DNA of 64,000 nucleotides from Laetmonice hystrix. Lineage: Eukaryota. The position numbers and the translations under genes are program-made. The notes under the pieces were generated by a model. The model worked only from the letters and a program-made list of their open reading frames with translations. It ran no database searches and had not been told where the DNA came from. This document shows positions 1 through 12,740 of the stretch, piece by piece. The stretch is from NCBI GenBank assembly GCA_965235115.1, contig OZ249436.1:53694001-53758000 (forward strand), in the 5' to 3' direction. Position 1 is the stretch's first letter; the number at the start of each line of letters is the position of its first letter.

Positions 1-236
1 GGCGACGGAGTTGGCGGGGGCGGCTTGCTACAGTAGGCCTGCTACAGGCCGGTCACGCCCACGCCGGCCACGGGTTGTCTTGGAAAACCGGTCTTTGGTA
101 AATACTCCCCCACCCCTCAGAATTTTCAAAGTGTAAATTGGTGGTATATTGGGCCGTTTGCCTCCTCCTTCAGCCAATTTACTAATCACTGCACTGCACT
201 GGTGACTGGACAGTAGAAATACTAGAATGAGATTAG

Positions 237-657
237 GGCCCGGTTTCTCGAAACATCTCAAGGATTTTTGAGAACGTATGCTCAACTGGCGTGCTCAATG
301 GCGTACTCAGCGGTTCTTAGCCGTTTCTCCAAGCATCTCAGGCTTGAGAACCCGTTCTCAACTCTAGACAATGCAAGATTCTATTACGTCACTGATGACA
401 ATGAACGACGTCACTGACAATGAACGACGTCACTGGTGACAATAGATTACGTCACAATAACAATAAGTGTGTCAAGTTGTTTGAGCGATTGTCTGCTGGC
501 GCGTATTTTTATACAAGACTTGCAAATGTTCCTGCCGACTTTTGCGGTCGTTTTTTCACATTATTATTTCACAAAGACACTCATGAAGGGCAAAGTTGGG
601 AAAGGAAGGAAGAGGGCTGCTAACTGGAGTGTGGAAGATGAGTTAATTTTAATTTTA
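237..657 (+). mobile_element. Truncated PIF/Harbinger-like end carrying the start of a Myb/SANT-like ORF
   Basis: Starts GGCCCGGTTTCTCGAAA after TAG, the same terminus as the MITE at 23923. ATG at 583 reads MKGKVGKGRKRAANWSVEDELILI, resembling the N-terminus of a Harbinger Myb/SANT protein. No right TIR found. Confidence 0.7.
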
Positions 658-949
658 GACAGTAGAAATACTAGAATGAGATTAGATCTACGGGGCCTAG
701 ACTAGTCACTAGACTGCACTCTCGACTCTAGTCACAGCAGAAACGGAGTCTAGGCCTAATCAGTTAGGTAGAAGTTTAAGACTGACAAGTTTAGTTAGTC
801 ACAGAAAAAAATCGAGACATTCACACTATGCGGGTGGATCGCTGTTGGAACAAATCCACTTTACTTTAGCTTAGCCTTAGCTTAGCCTTAGGCCTACCTC
901 GACGCATGTATTGTTGTGCACCCACCTCTTCAGAATTATACACAGCCTA

Positions 950-1384
950 CAGGTTTTATTTTAGAGGGGAAATCATGAAAGCTCCTTTGTTGATCCAAAT
1001 TCTTAATCCAGTTTCGGTTGTTACAACCCCACTGCCGCACAAAGTCCTGGAATACTCCTTGTTGTGGGCCAAACTCGCGGTAAGTTTAGCTAGTCTACGC
1101 CTTCAGTCTACGCTGTAGGCCTAGGCCTACCAAAGTTGTTGTCCCTTCGTGACGTCACTACCAGCATTTTGCCAGGTGGCAGCTATAGTTCTGTAGATTT
1201 CCGCAAGGCGTCAGCATGTGTCCTTTTTGCAAGATGGCGAAAAGACTATCAACTACTAAGTCCCGTTTTTGATTAATAATCATTAATTACAAGGGCAGCC
1301 TAAAAATATGAATATGGTATAGACGGGCTCTAGTACTATCAAGTTAACATCTGATAACTCAAAAAGCAGGAGAAGAGTGTTCCT
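950..1384 (-). mobile_element. Kolobok-like DNA transposon end with a frameshifted THAP-domain remnant
   Basis: On the minus strand, TTAA (1385-1388) is followed by an AGGAACAC terminus. From 1053 downward it reads IPGLCAAVG, then after a frameshift CNNRNWIKNLDQQRSFHDFPS, matching the THAP C-x4-C...FHxFP pattern. Confidence 0.6.
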
Positions 1385-4300
1385 TTAAACCACTGGCTTT
1401 ACACCGTTTTTGCCGTTGCAACGGTTTCGTAGGCTTTGGAGTTTCCTCCCAGTAACATATGGGCGAATAGAGATATTTTCAAATGGACAAACTTTGTCAA
1501 TTCTCCAAAGGTTCCAAGATAATGTAAACATTAGTAAACGCGCTGGGACTGTTTTATTGATTTCCAGAAAGATTTCGATGCGGTCCATCAGGGTGGACTA
1601 CTTTGCAAATTGACGGTCATTTGCAGGGGCAAAAGGCGGTCATGTGGCTCCACAGCTACACACCTCGCCATTAACGAACTAGAAGATCTAACTCTGCTAG
1701 ATCTGAAAGTGTCCCTTGTGGATCAATACTCGACCCATCATCTGCTGTATTAATGACCTGCCTCCTGTACATTTGCAACTACGTGTAGACGCCCGTCTTG
1801 CCAGAGATGATGATGAAAAGAATGCGACAATACAGAGACTGATACCTGTAATTAAATATGATACAATAATTCAACCTTCATTACCATAAGGTTTCGAAGA
1901 TGGGGGTTCGAACCTCTACTAACACACAGGTGTGCATTCACGTAAGGGTCACGAGACAGAGGTGTGATTTATTCATAAGCCCGCGAGCCCATTTTCATCT
2001 ATAGGCCTACACACCAAGACGGGGTGAACCTAATTATGGGCCATGGTTCTCATTGTATGGCCTGTGTGCTTTATGCGTGTCTGTAGCTTGTCCCCAATGC
2101 GAAGGAATTGCCCCAACCTGCTGTCTCACATTCGGTACCGTGGTGCCGCCGTCCTATCATGAGTAAACTGTTGGCCATAGAATGATGCTGTAAACCCATC
2201 AAGGACTCGCCTACCAGCCTCACAGCTCTTTCACTGTCCATGACTTCACCCTCTGTGCTAGCTTTCTGAGTTTGGAAGCGCTTACCGGTTGGTAGTATAG
2301 TTTGTAAATTAGCATAAGGTAATTTAACATCTTGTTAGCCCTATAAAAGCCACACTGTGAAAAGGTGTGAAAAGACTCCTGTGCGTGGAAGGACATTACC
2401 TTAAGTACATCAAGTTCCACAAATACGTCTATTAAAATTACAATTAATATCTCGTTTAATTTTCACACATTTTGATTAAAGCGTTTCCTTCAGAGCAAAT
2501 ATTAGTAGTGATTGCATTCTTCACAATTTTCTTGGCTGGAAGAAACTTGTTTTGTCAATGGCTAAGGCGGGATGGATGACCGCGAGTCCGCCCGACTGAA
2601 AACAGCAGCTTGGGCGAGTTAACGGAGGAACATCCACAGGAGGGCATGTCGTTTATATCCTGCCTCAAATGCCCGGTTTGGTGTGATGGCCAGTTTTATT
2701 TCAATACAGAAGACGGAAATTAACATTGTATACAAACCAACACTGGCCAAATGAACCCATCCGCAAACAGAGGCTAACAACAAATTTCCTGCCTTGTGTT
2801 CTCCTCTTCCTTATTATCCGTCTAAAGGAAATCCTGCTGTTCATGTCATTATAATAACACAACCCGCTAGTGTAACTGTAAGATGATAAACCGAAATGTG
2901 AATACCTAATGTATGAAAAATGTTGGAACTCGGGTGGGAGTTGGCAAGGGGTTAGAGAGCCCCTAACTCTTAAACTCAGGGTAGGGGACGGGTTGGGAGG
3001 GGCTTGGCCCCCTGCTTCAGGAGTGAGGTCGATGATTTTCATACATTAGGTTTTTCAATTTCGGTTAGAGATGATTTGATCATGGTTGTCGTCACATTAA
3101 TTTTAACCAGCCGTAAAAGTCGTCCGAAAGGTAAAGACAACAGTCACCTCTTGTGCGTCTTGAGACCCTTAAATTTGCCTGAATTTTAACATTTAATTTC
3201 AAGGGATTAAAAAACGCTTGAAAATATTATGAAGATTATGAAAAATGTCGGCGGGCTCCGCTCGTGGTAGGCCCTAAATTCGACGACCGTGTCTTCTTAT
3301 AGTCGGACAGCTATATGAAGGCTGAGCTCGGTCAGAGCCCAGACTGTTGGGCAGTGGAGCCTAATCTAGTACAACAATGAGGGGATAAGTGATGGTGATT
3401 TTACGCCAGGTCAGGCTGATGTGACCGCTGTGATCAGTCGGCAGCCATGCAGGATCGGTGATCTCCGCCAGCATCGTCGATCGATCCCTAATAATTTTGG
3501 TTGGCGACATTGTATGTACGCTCTCTTGCCACATATCGCAAAAGTGCCTGCTAATTATGGGCGCAAGTGTGCAGTTTGTGTGCATGTAAAGAAATATGTC
3601 ACGCGCAATACAACTGATTAAAGGCTGTGCTTCTCGCACAGCGTGAAGGTGACCAACAGTTCTTAGAGCATGGAGCATACACTAGTAACTTTCTAGAATA
3701 ATCTCAACGTAATAACAGACCCTGACTGGTTGATTGATCAGGATAGGACAGTGGGTGACGTGGGAGTTTGACGGAGTCGGTTTTAACTAGCATCGTGTAG
3801 GCCTACCCGTCTCTGATAATAACCCGCTCCTCTATATAACCTCCCCTAACAGGACCACCTCACTCCTGGCAAAAACCTCCAGATGGATAGTTGAATCAGT
3901 AGCAGTTTTGCATAGATATCCCAAATAAGAAAATATCCCGAAGAGTGTGTATTATGTGATGTGTGTGTATTATGTGATATGTCTGTGGGCTGGTGAAGAA
4001 GTTCCCCAGTTCAGACGACCTTGGACATCACAATTAATCAATAAAGAATTCTCATCGAATCAGGGCGAACGAAAAAAGTAAAACCGGCCATACACTCCGA
4101 TTAACCTTATGCAACTGTGTTATTTTGCATTGAAACCCCTCTGTTCAGTGTGAGTTGGAGCCAGTTGAATGGAGTCGGGTTGACCGGTTTTACATGTATC
4201 AGAAAAACAAGGATTACAATTTGGCTTTATCATCGCCGAGCTATGTAGACAGCGTTGCCTTTGAATAGAAGCTTCAATCGATGGTAGAAATAATTCTCAT

Positions 4301-7300
4301 CACGATTTCAACAGACGTGTTGGTGATGATGGCGTTGATTATACTGAGTGCAGAATTTTCAGCCAACAGTAAATTAACCTCTCACTCGGTCTTATTCTAA
4401 TTAGACCCCTCCGTCGACACGGAGACTGATATTTCACCTTCATAATGAGAAATAGATTGGTTTATACGTGTACCTGGCATTGTCAATAGAGTTATTCTTG
4501 GTTTACTATCTGTCTAAATAAGGCAGGTGGGATTAGATTTAACAGATTATATATAGGTAATAAATCTCCTTAGAGAAGTCTTCCAAAAGGACATGAAATC
4601 GGGAAAATCACTAAGTGGTGTATAAAAGAAATAGTTACTCATGGTTGACATGCACGCCGTTGTCAGTGTGAATGACCACTGTAGATTATTTGCCAGAGAA
4701 GTTGCAATTTTGGTTCCATCTAGTTTTTGACGTAATTAAAATGACACTATTTAGTCAAAATCGTGGATCAGCCATGTCAAACCTAAGAGATGAGTCCTTA
4801 ATGCGCGAGGAAAAGAAGGGCAATGATGAATAATGTACTTACCCCGTTGGCACCACGGGGGAAAGGGTCCTGCATGGTTATGAATAGGGCGACTGCAGCT
4901 GTCGGATGTCCGATTGACGAGTCATCTGCATGGCAAAAATGGGTTAGGGTCCTTCAAGTACCATTTCTCTCATTGGCCGAATTCCTTGACTGTGCAGTTG
5001 GACATAATAAAAGAACCCACGCACCCTTTTCTTGGAAAGACTATAGGGGATTGTCTGCCAGTATAGCAGGTCACTTCGTCCTTCATCTTGTGACTTGGCC
5101 GCAATAAAAGGAACAACCTTGTATTCGCGTCCTATAATTACTGCTGAAATATATTCCCAGCTAGACATAAACCACCAATTCATCCACTTAGTGTCACCTA
5201 TATAGGCGCGGCGGCACAAAAGAGTGAGTGAGGAAATAATATATTCCTAAAAAATGTCAAGGGTTTTCGTTATATGCCCAGTTGCAGAGACATACCAAGG
5301 TCAGAAAGGTGGCCATGAGATAGACCTACCGACAGGACGAAAAACAACCACTGACTCGGCAAAAATACCACCTTTACCGTGTTTGCACTCAGTGACATCT
5401 AGTGGAAAGACATTACTTGAATAGCAGCTCCCTACATTTGAACAGTTCACGTCATCCATAAAGCGTTTACGAAGTGATCATAACCCTGTAATGAATTTAG
5501 CAACACTTCGTTCATCTGTAAAGAAAAAAATGAGATCTTTTACGTAAGGGGTTATCTAGTTACGTAAAACGTCCAAGGTACATCGAACTATACTTCAATT
5601 AGTTTTTGATTTCACATTTCAGTCCTAGCTGTTTGATGATTGTGTTCCTATAATTATTCTTGGCAGGCGTCTACGGATATTCAAACAAAGTTGAAAGTAT
5701 ATATTCTGGCATACGTTTTCCCTGCAGAGAAATCATAAAGTGATTTAGTTACATTAAAATTGAGAACCACTCTATGATTACATCACCACCGGTTCAAACT
5801 AAAAAGATTCCTATCACACAGGAATATTAGTGATTTAATGCAACGTCGTACGTACTGTACGAAAGTAAAACAAAGGATTTGTGAATATTGACGTATAGTC
5901 TTACACCGGTAATATTTCAGTCATATCAAAGGCGACAATACAAAACTTGTTCAGTCTGGGTTGGGCCTTGTTCCCCCTAAGTCCCAGAAATAAGATTGTT
6001 TCGAATATGGCACAGAAGGAGAATCCCTGATACCCCACCAGGCTGATCTTTATGCAGGACCCTACGGTGACTGCTTAACTTACGCCTCTGAAATGGGTTG
6101 GTCTAATCCGATTACGATAGCAATGGGTTCTGGTGATGAAGTTTCTCATTGTTGCGCCGTCCAAATTTTCATCTCGTTAATGTTTCTCGTGTTTTAATGA
6201 TGTGAATCAGTTTGGAGGACAATTCACGCCGCTGAAATAATAAATGTATTCTCTAAAGAGGCGCCACTGAGTGTTTGACAGGCCTTGACAACCAGTCTCC
6301 ACGTTGTTATAGGGTTGTACATGTACTTGCATACAACCAGGTAACTTACCACTGTATTTCCGGGCAGCTGTGCTCTGTCGTGATGGCTGACGTTCACGAT
6401 CGCGCCCATTTGCTGAAATGACCGCTCACATATCCTGTACGGGGCCCTGGGTAAGCCGCGGGGGCGTATGGGTAACGAGTACACCGCTTGCCGAACTATA
6501 GGCCTATTTCTTTTCAGAGGCTATTTGGCAGATTTCCCCGTGACACCAGCCGATGGTTAATCCTAAGACAAACACCCAGCGTAACTTTAAATAAAGAAAA
6601 TGCTTGACGCTCCTTTTTGGTAGGCCTACTTTATGTCATTGTCGTGAGCTAACGAGTGGGGTGGAGAGCATGTTCCTATATTTCCTATCTGAAAGAGTCC
6701 TTTCTACGGACGGGCCGAAGATTGCCGAAAGGACTCGAACGTGAGAATGGTGATTGCTGTATTAACTAAGGGCTGAGAGACCAAGTTCCACTCCATGATG
6801 GTAACGTATGACAAAGGGTTATTGGCACTTCACACCGACCACTTCTGTAACTTTCTCGTGCCTGCAGTCATCTCGCCCATACCCGGTAAACTGTTTGATT
6901 GCGGCAGTGAAACCGTCTGACAATATTTTGTACCGAAACACCTTCCTCTGTGAGGCAGACGATGTCTCCCCGTTCTGCATGTTAAAATGCTTTTGACCAG
7001 TGATTATATATACATAGGCCTACAATATGTCTTATATAAGCCAGTAACAAAGGTAGAAGGGAACAATGTTATATTATGTTTATATTGATGCGGGTCCCAG
7101 GCTGTCCCGACATGCTAAGTGCTAGCGTATATGTATGCGCATGATCTGGCAGTGTCATTCAGGGGGTGCCGTACAGTGGTCCGTATGGAACGCGTGTTCC
7201 ATACGGACTGATATGATTGTACGCCTTATAACGGGGCGATGCAACGTTAACTATGGAGCTCTATATGGAAGCGCCGGAACATGTATTACACAATGTGTAT

Positions 7301-8254
7301 GTTCCATCAGCAGGCTGGGGAGGGGAGGTGTCCACTTAAGAAACTGCCCCGTCCCGTGACCCCGCGGACAGAATATAGGTAAAAGTTAATAAACGCTTAT
7401 TTGTTGTTAAATCTTGTTTACTGTTAGTTCATTTCCTCAAATTAGAAATAATCCAAGCGCATATAATAAACACGTAACGGGATTTGGCTCCTTCACCGTG
7501 GAAAAGTGAGCTCGATCTCGTTGCATACTTTCTCGCAATGAAGGACCCTCATCCTCTTACTTCTTTGTATGTTTAAGGGTTAACAGGCATTTACAGGCGG
7601 GTTTAGAGAAAGGGACATCTGAGATGTTGGCCCCAGTCTGTCGTAGATTACGAACATAAGAATGCCAACTTAACATATACAATATATAAAAGGAAATTAA
7701 GATGAAGGGTAGCTTACAGAATAATCTATACATTCATGAAGGGAAAGGTATAGCTATAACAACGTGACCGAAAGAGACAGTAATATCGTTAGTGCGGGAC
7801 ACTTATAATCTGGCCTCGAGGGAGGATGTAAACAGAGTCACATACACCAAGCCCTATTGATTTCGCAGCATTACATGATAAACACAGGGAGCCAACAAGA
7901 TACAGCGGGACACGGTCTTGTCTCGCGTTACGGCTGATAATTTCCGGAGGTTTCCACAACGGCCGGCAGACAACATGGACCGGACGTCGTCCAGCTATTG
8001 GCTGAATTACCAGATCGTCACATTGCCGTGTCTGACATAATTCAGACTAGACTTTCCCGCTACCGCGCCATTAGGATCTGATATAGTCGTCTGAAAATAG
8101 CGAAAACCCCCGCACAGGTTTTCAAAAGCTGAGTTTGTTTGTGAACATGTATTTGTTTAGGTACATCCATCATAGATCCGGCGAAAACGGATGATTGTTT
8201 AGACCTTCGCAGGCCTAGATCTCCAGGGAACTACCGAACGCACATTGGTACATA

Positions 8255-8721
8255 CAGGGCATCTCAGAAAAAAAAACGAAATCCTAAAATATCATCATTT
8301 CGTAAAAGAATATCAGTTACCAAGTGTATGCTCTGATAGGCCAAAACCTCCTCTTTCTAATGGTGTGTCCATTTCCTCAATCGAGTCCCAGTTGACCGAA
8401 TTAGTATTGTTTTCCTTCCACAACCCAAATGCAGCCTGGGACCAAGTTAATAGTTACGAAAATCAGTGCATGAGATGCAATTGGAACAGGCCGGGAAGAC
8501 GAAATCAATGTTAGATAATCAATTTTATTTATCATTTGACAAGTTTGACCTGTTTGGTGCAGACAAATTAATGATGAATAAAATTGAGTATCTAACATTC
8601 GGATTTCGTCTTCACCGTTTGTTCCAAGTGCATCTCATGCACTGAGTTTCGTTTTGGGGACCAAGTTAATAGGTACGAAAATCAGTATACTTTAGGATTT
8701 CGGTTTTTCTGAGACGCCCTG
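8255..8721. mobile_element. Tc1/mariner-like MITE with TA TSD and an internal fold-back
   Basis: TA|CAGGGCATCTCAGAAAAA...TTTTTCTGAGACGCCCTG|TA; internal inverted repeat at about 8455-8652. Confidence 0.8.
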
Positions 8722-9477
8722 TACATTAGATTCAGGACAACCCTATTGAGGCAAACAAAAACCCATGGCAAGAGGACCTGTACAGGACAGAGGCGTGGTG
8801 GGACTCAAAGTACCTGACAGTAAACCCACACCCTGAAGATCCGGTCTGGCAGGCCGTGCCCACCCAACGAATCCAACTACATGTATTTGGCTGTTGTAAT
8901 CAGGTAGAATCTCCACATGCACTGTTTTTAAGAGAACTTTTACGGGGGTTGGTGCACACACAAACTAACTTACTTAATTAGTGACTCTGAGCTGCGGGTG
9001 TAAGCGACGATGGTTCATCGACTCAGGGCCCACTATGTGACCACGACAGTACTCCGTTGCAAATTGCTACGACTTCAAAAAGGTTTTTGTAAGGATGCAT
9101 AACCATCAATCCACTCACGAACTATATACACAGTTAGCAGCAGGGGGCTACGTACTGCCAACCATTCTGTGCCTTTCTATCTACATATTACATAGGCGTA
9201 CATAATCTTCTCATACGTGTAGAAGGATAAAAAACACATGGGATTGGCAAGAGGACATCTTATTAAAAGCGTCGAAAAAAGCGGAATCACACCTGACATT
9301 GTTGGACCTTGTTAAGCATTACCTGAAATGGAGGTATAGCAGAAACGAGGAGAAGACTCCGCACACCTGATGTAATTGGAGAGTCAGAACATGCAGCGGA
9401 TAATCAGCCGAGCCACTGCAAACATTGCTGTCTGGGTGGTATTCGTGTGGAGGAAGGGGGGGGGGGACCGTAACGTA

Positions 9478-9789
9478 AGCTAGGAATCCATGCGTACGTA
9501 TTGCGTATTGCGTAATCAAAACCAATGAAAATAATGACAACACGCACTGCGCACACATGGAATCACTCCAACTTGTTTTCATTGATTTTGATGAATACGC
9601 ACTTTAGGCATTACGCATTGCGCAATATGCACTATGTACACATGGATTCCTGGCTTTAAGCCAGGAATCCATGGTCCGTAGTGCGTATTGCATATTGCGT
9701 AGCGCGTAATCAAAACAATAAAAACACGCATTACACACTACGTAAACATGGAATCACTCCATCATGCATCACGCCCTGGATTCTTGGCG
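9478..9789. mobile_element. Head-to-tail pair of Tourist/Harbinger-like MITEs
   Basis: Copy 1 spans 9478-9655 (AGCTAGGAATCCATG...CATGGATTCCTGGCT), then TTA, then copy 2 spans 9659-9789 (AGCCAGGAATCCATG...TGGATTCTTGGC). Internal TGCGTA motifs are shared. Confidence 0.7.
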
Positions 9790-10462
9790 TTGTCCGACAG
9801 CCCAGGGGTCCGACAGACCAATCCCCTCTGGGTTAGAGTTAAGGTTAGGTTTAGGTTGCTTCTAGGCCAAAGTGGGCCTGTCGGACTATACTTAGAGCTG
9901 AGGGAACATGGCTGTCCAATTTTGTTCTAATACAAGTCATTCAGAACCTCTGTCAGTGTGGGCCCCAGAAAGGGAAAATACCAGCAGTCACATAATGCAG
10001 TCAAATTAAAACTGTTGGGACTGAATATAATTTAAGAAATTATATTTGACTAAAGTTTCAGCGTATTATAACTTTTTAGAAATGAGATATACTCCATATT
10101 TGCTTTCCTAATATGGCGAACATCAATAACTCTGACAGAATTGTCTGGATTTCTTTCAATCTTGGTGACAAGAGCACGCATTGGCAATAAGCATGCCAAT
10201 TTATTTTGTGTTCAGATTAAATATAAGTGAACAAGGTAACCATAATACTTTGAACTAAGGTTAGTCATTCATATTAATTTCATTTGTCACTATTTCCCGC
10301 TATTGGATAAAGACATATGTGAAGTTTCTTCGCGACTCACGTATCACGAACGTTCTCACATGGGCTTTATCTCAAATACAATGTATACGCAGAGTTCATG
10401 GACCCACAGATAATTAGTCCCTACCCAGAACTTTGGGGGCTGTGCATGCCACATTCATTCAT

Positions 10463-11108
10463 TCTCTATCTGACTGATGACATGTTAAATACACCGACAG
10501 TTTACCTCCACTTAATCTATATCTGACTGATGACATGTTAAATACACGGACATTTTTACCTCCACTTAATCTATATCTGACTGATGACATGTTAAATACA
10601 CGGACAGTTTACCTCCACTTAATCTATATCTGACTGATGACATGTTAAATACACGGACAGTTTACCTCCACTTAATCTATATCTGACTGATGACATGTTA
10701 AATACACGGACAGTTTACCTCCACTTAATCTATATCTGACTGATGACATGTTAAATACACGGACAGTTTACCTCCACTTAATCTCTATCTGACTGATGAC
10801 ATGTTAAATACACGGACATTTTACCTCCACTTAATCTATATCTGACTGATGACATGTTAAATACACGGACAGTTTACCTCCACTTAATCTATATCTGACT
10901 GATGACATGTTAAATACACGGACAGTTTACCTCCAACCTCCACTTAATCTATATCTGACTGATGACATGTTAAATACACGGACAGTTTACCTCCAACCTC
11001 CACTTAATCTATATCTGACTGATGACATGTTAAATACACGGACAGTTTACCTCCACTTAATCTATATCTGACTGATGACATGTTAAATACACCGACAGTT
11101 TACCTCCA
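10463..11108 (+). repeat. 53-bp minisatellite, about 12 copies
   Basis: Unit TCTATATCTGACTGATGACATGTTAAATACACGGACAGTTTACCTCCACTTAA; two adjacent units share a 7-bp ACCTCCA duplication. Confidence 0.97.
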
Positions 11109-12557
11109 TGGCTGTGTTCAGTGTGGTCAGATCGTCGCCTGAGGTGTAGGGAACGCGGAGTCAAGGCGAATGGGCAGTGATAGATGGCCCTCGGAAAGCG
11201 CCATGACGGCGCATCATGATGGTGGACAGCTATTGTGAGATCAGAAAGAATGCCGTGTCCGGAAGGAATCGCATGACAAGAGTTATTTTATATGAGTAGT
11301 TTTCAATTTAGTCCTCCTAACATAGTTGAAACCAAAGTGAACTCTACGAAAAGAATAATTTATATGAATTATTAAACCATCGAAAAAGCCTGCCAAGAAA
11401 TGAGCATCTCCCTGATGTTTGTTTGGTGCTTCATATCAAGCTTTCAGACTTGGCCAACATGGTTGTTCCTCCAAAGAGAAATGGATAGCAGTATGGTAGG
11501 GCGCATGACTAAAATTAACTTAGGGGGTTGCACTGCATTACACATTGACTGGTTTGAAGGACTTTAAAATGGGGCTTGCTTTTGTTCTTACGGGATGAAC
11601 GAAATCTTATTTTACTGTCCTGGGTGTCCGTAATAACACATTCTAATTTTCCTATATGTGATATCTGGAACGCATTTCAAAGGCAGTTGTACTGGTAAGA
11701 TTATGGCATCGTGCTTTGGAGCACCACCATTGGCACTCGAATTACGCGCTTGCTAATCCGGGAGGAATTGCTTCAATTAATTTCAAATTAGACCAAGTTT
11801 GCAGCTACTTTGTAACCTTACAAAATGTATGCCTACAAAATGGTATTCATAGAGGAAAAGTACGTGTTTCATTTTGGGATTTGAGAATGGAGAAGGAAAA
11901 CAACACAAAGTAATAACCCGGGAGAACTTGGACTTTCCCATAATACAGTGCTTTGTAGCGACTCGAAACAGCGGCATCGTATCTCGCGTATTTGTTTACA
12001 CCGGGAGACAAAAACTATGATGTATAGGCACAGCGGTAGTGGTTTAGAAGAGTATCACAGGAATATGTTCCTATTTAGTATGGTCAAGGAACCTCTTCTA
12101 TAGTGAGTGAATAATGGTGCGGCTTTACGCCGTGTCGGCCTCTGAGGTCATATTCACGGCGAAAACAGAGTTAATATTCGCTACGCCGATGACGACGAAG
12201 AGTCTGTCCTATCACAATTTTCTGACAGCATTTGGTAAGTGTATACCATTTCATTCATTCTCTTTACTATACGAATATAGTAATTATGTCTCTAGCTAAA
12301 GAGCTTTAAAAAGTATAGCAGTAACAGGTATAGTGTATAAGTATAGCAGTAACATTTATACTGTCTTGGCCTGAAATGAACAATGGAGTCGGGTGGATCA
12401 AGTTGCTACAGATTACCAGTATTGCACCAATCATAAATCCACACCACGCTCGTCAAACAGATAAGAAAAGTAGCACGCGGGACCGGTAAAAACGAAACAG
12501 ATCACTTACAAGGTAGATCCCCTGATGGGAAAAGACCATCGCTTATGATAGCGGGTG

Positions 12558-12740
12558 ACAGGACTTTTGCCCGCTGGACTTTCCCCACTGGACATTTGCC
12601 CCCCCCCCCGGACTTTTGCCCCCTGGACATTTGCCCGCCGGACCTATACCCCGCGGACTTTTGCCCCCAGCGGACTTTTGCCCCCGCGGACTTTTGCCCC
12701 CTAGGACCCTGGCCCGCTAGGACTTTTGCCCCCCCCCCCA
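12558..12740 (+). repeat. Array of short (about 16-bp) GGACTTTTGCCCC motifs, probably DNA-transposon subterminal repeats
   Basis: About 11 degenerate GGAC(T/A)TTTGCCCC units are visible. Confidence 0.8.

Noticed and set aside
4100..5250. Possible decayed reverse transcriptase on the minus strand
   Set aside because: Only faint two- to four-residue hints; not supportable by eye.
7179..7208. Perfect 13-bp hairpin
   Set aside because: It is isolated, with no U-tract or RNA-gene context; likely a MITE relic.
10463..11108. CRISPR-like periodicity here and at 32318, 43179 and 61717
   Set aside because: There are no unique spacers and no cas genes, and the context is eukaryotic; these are plain tandem repeats.
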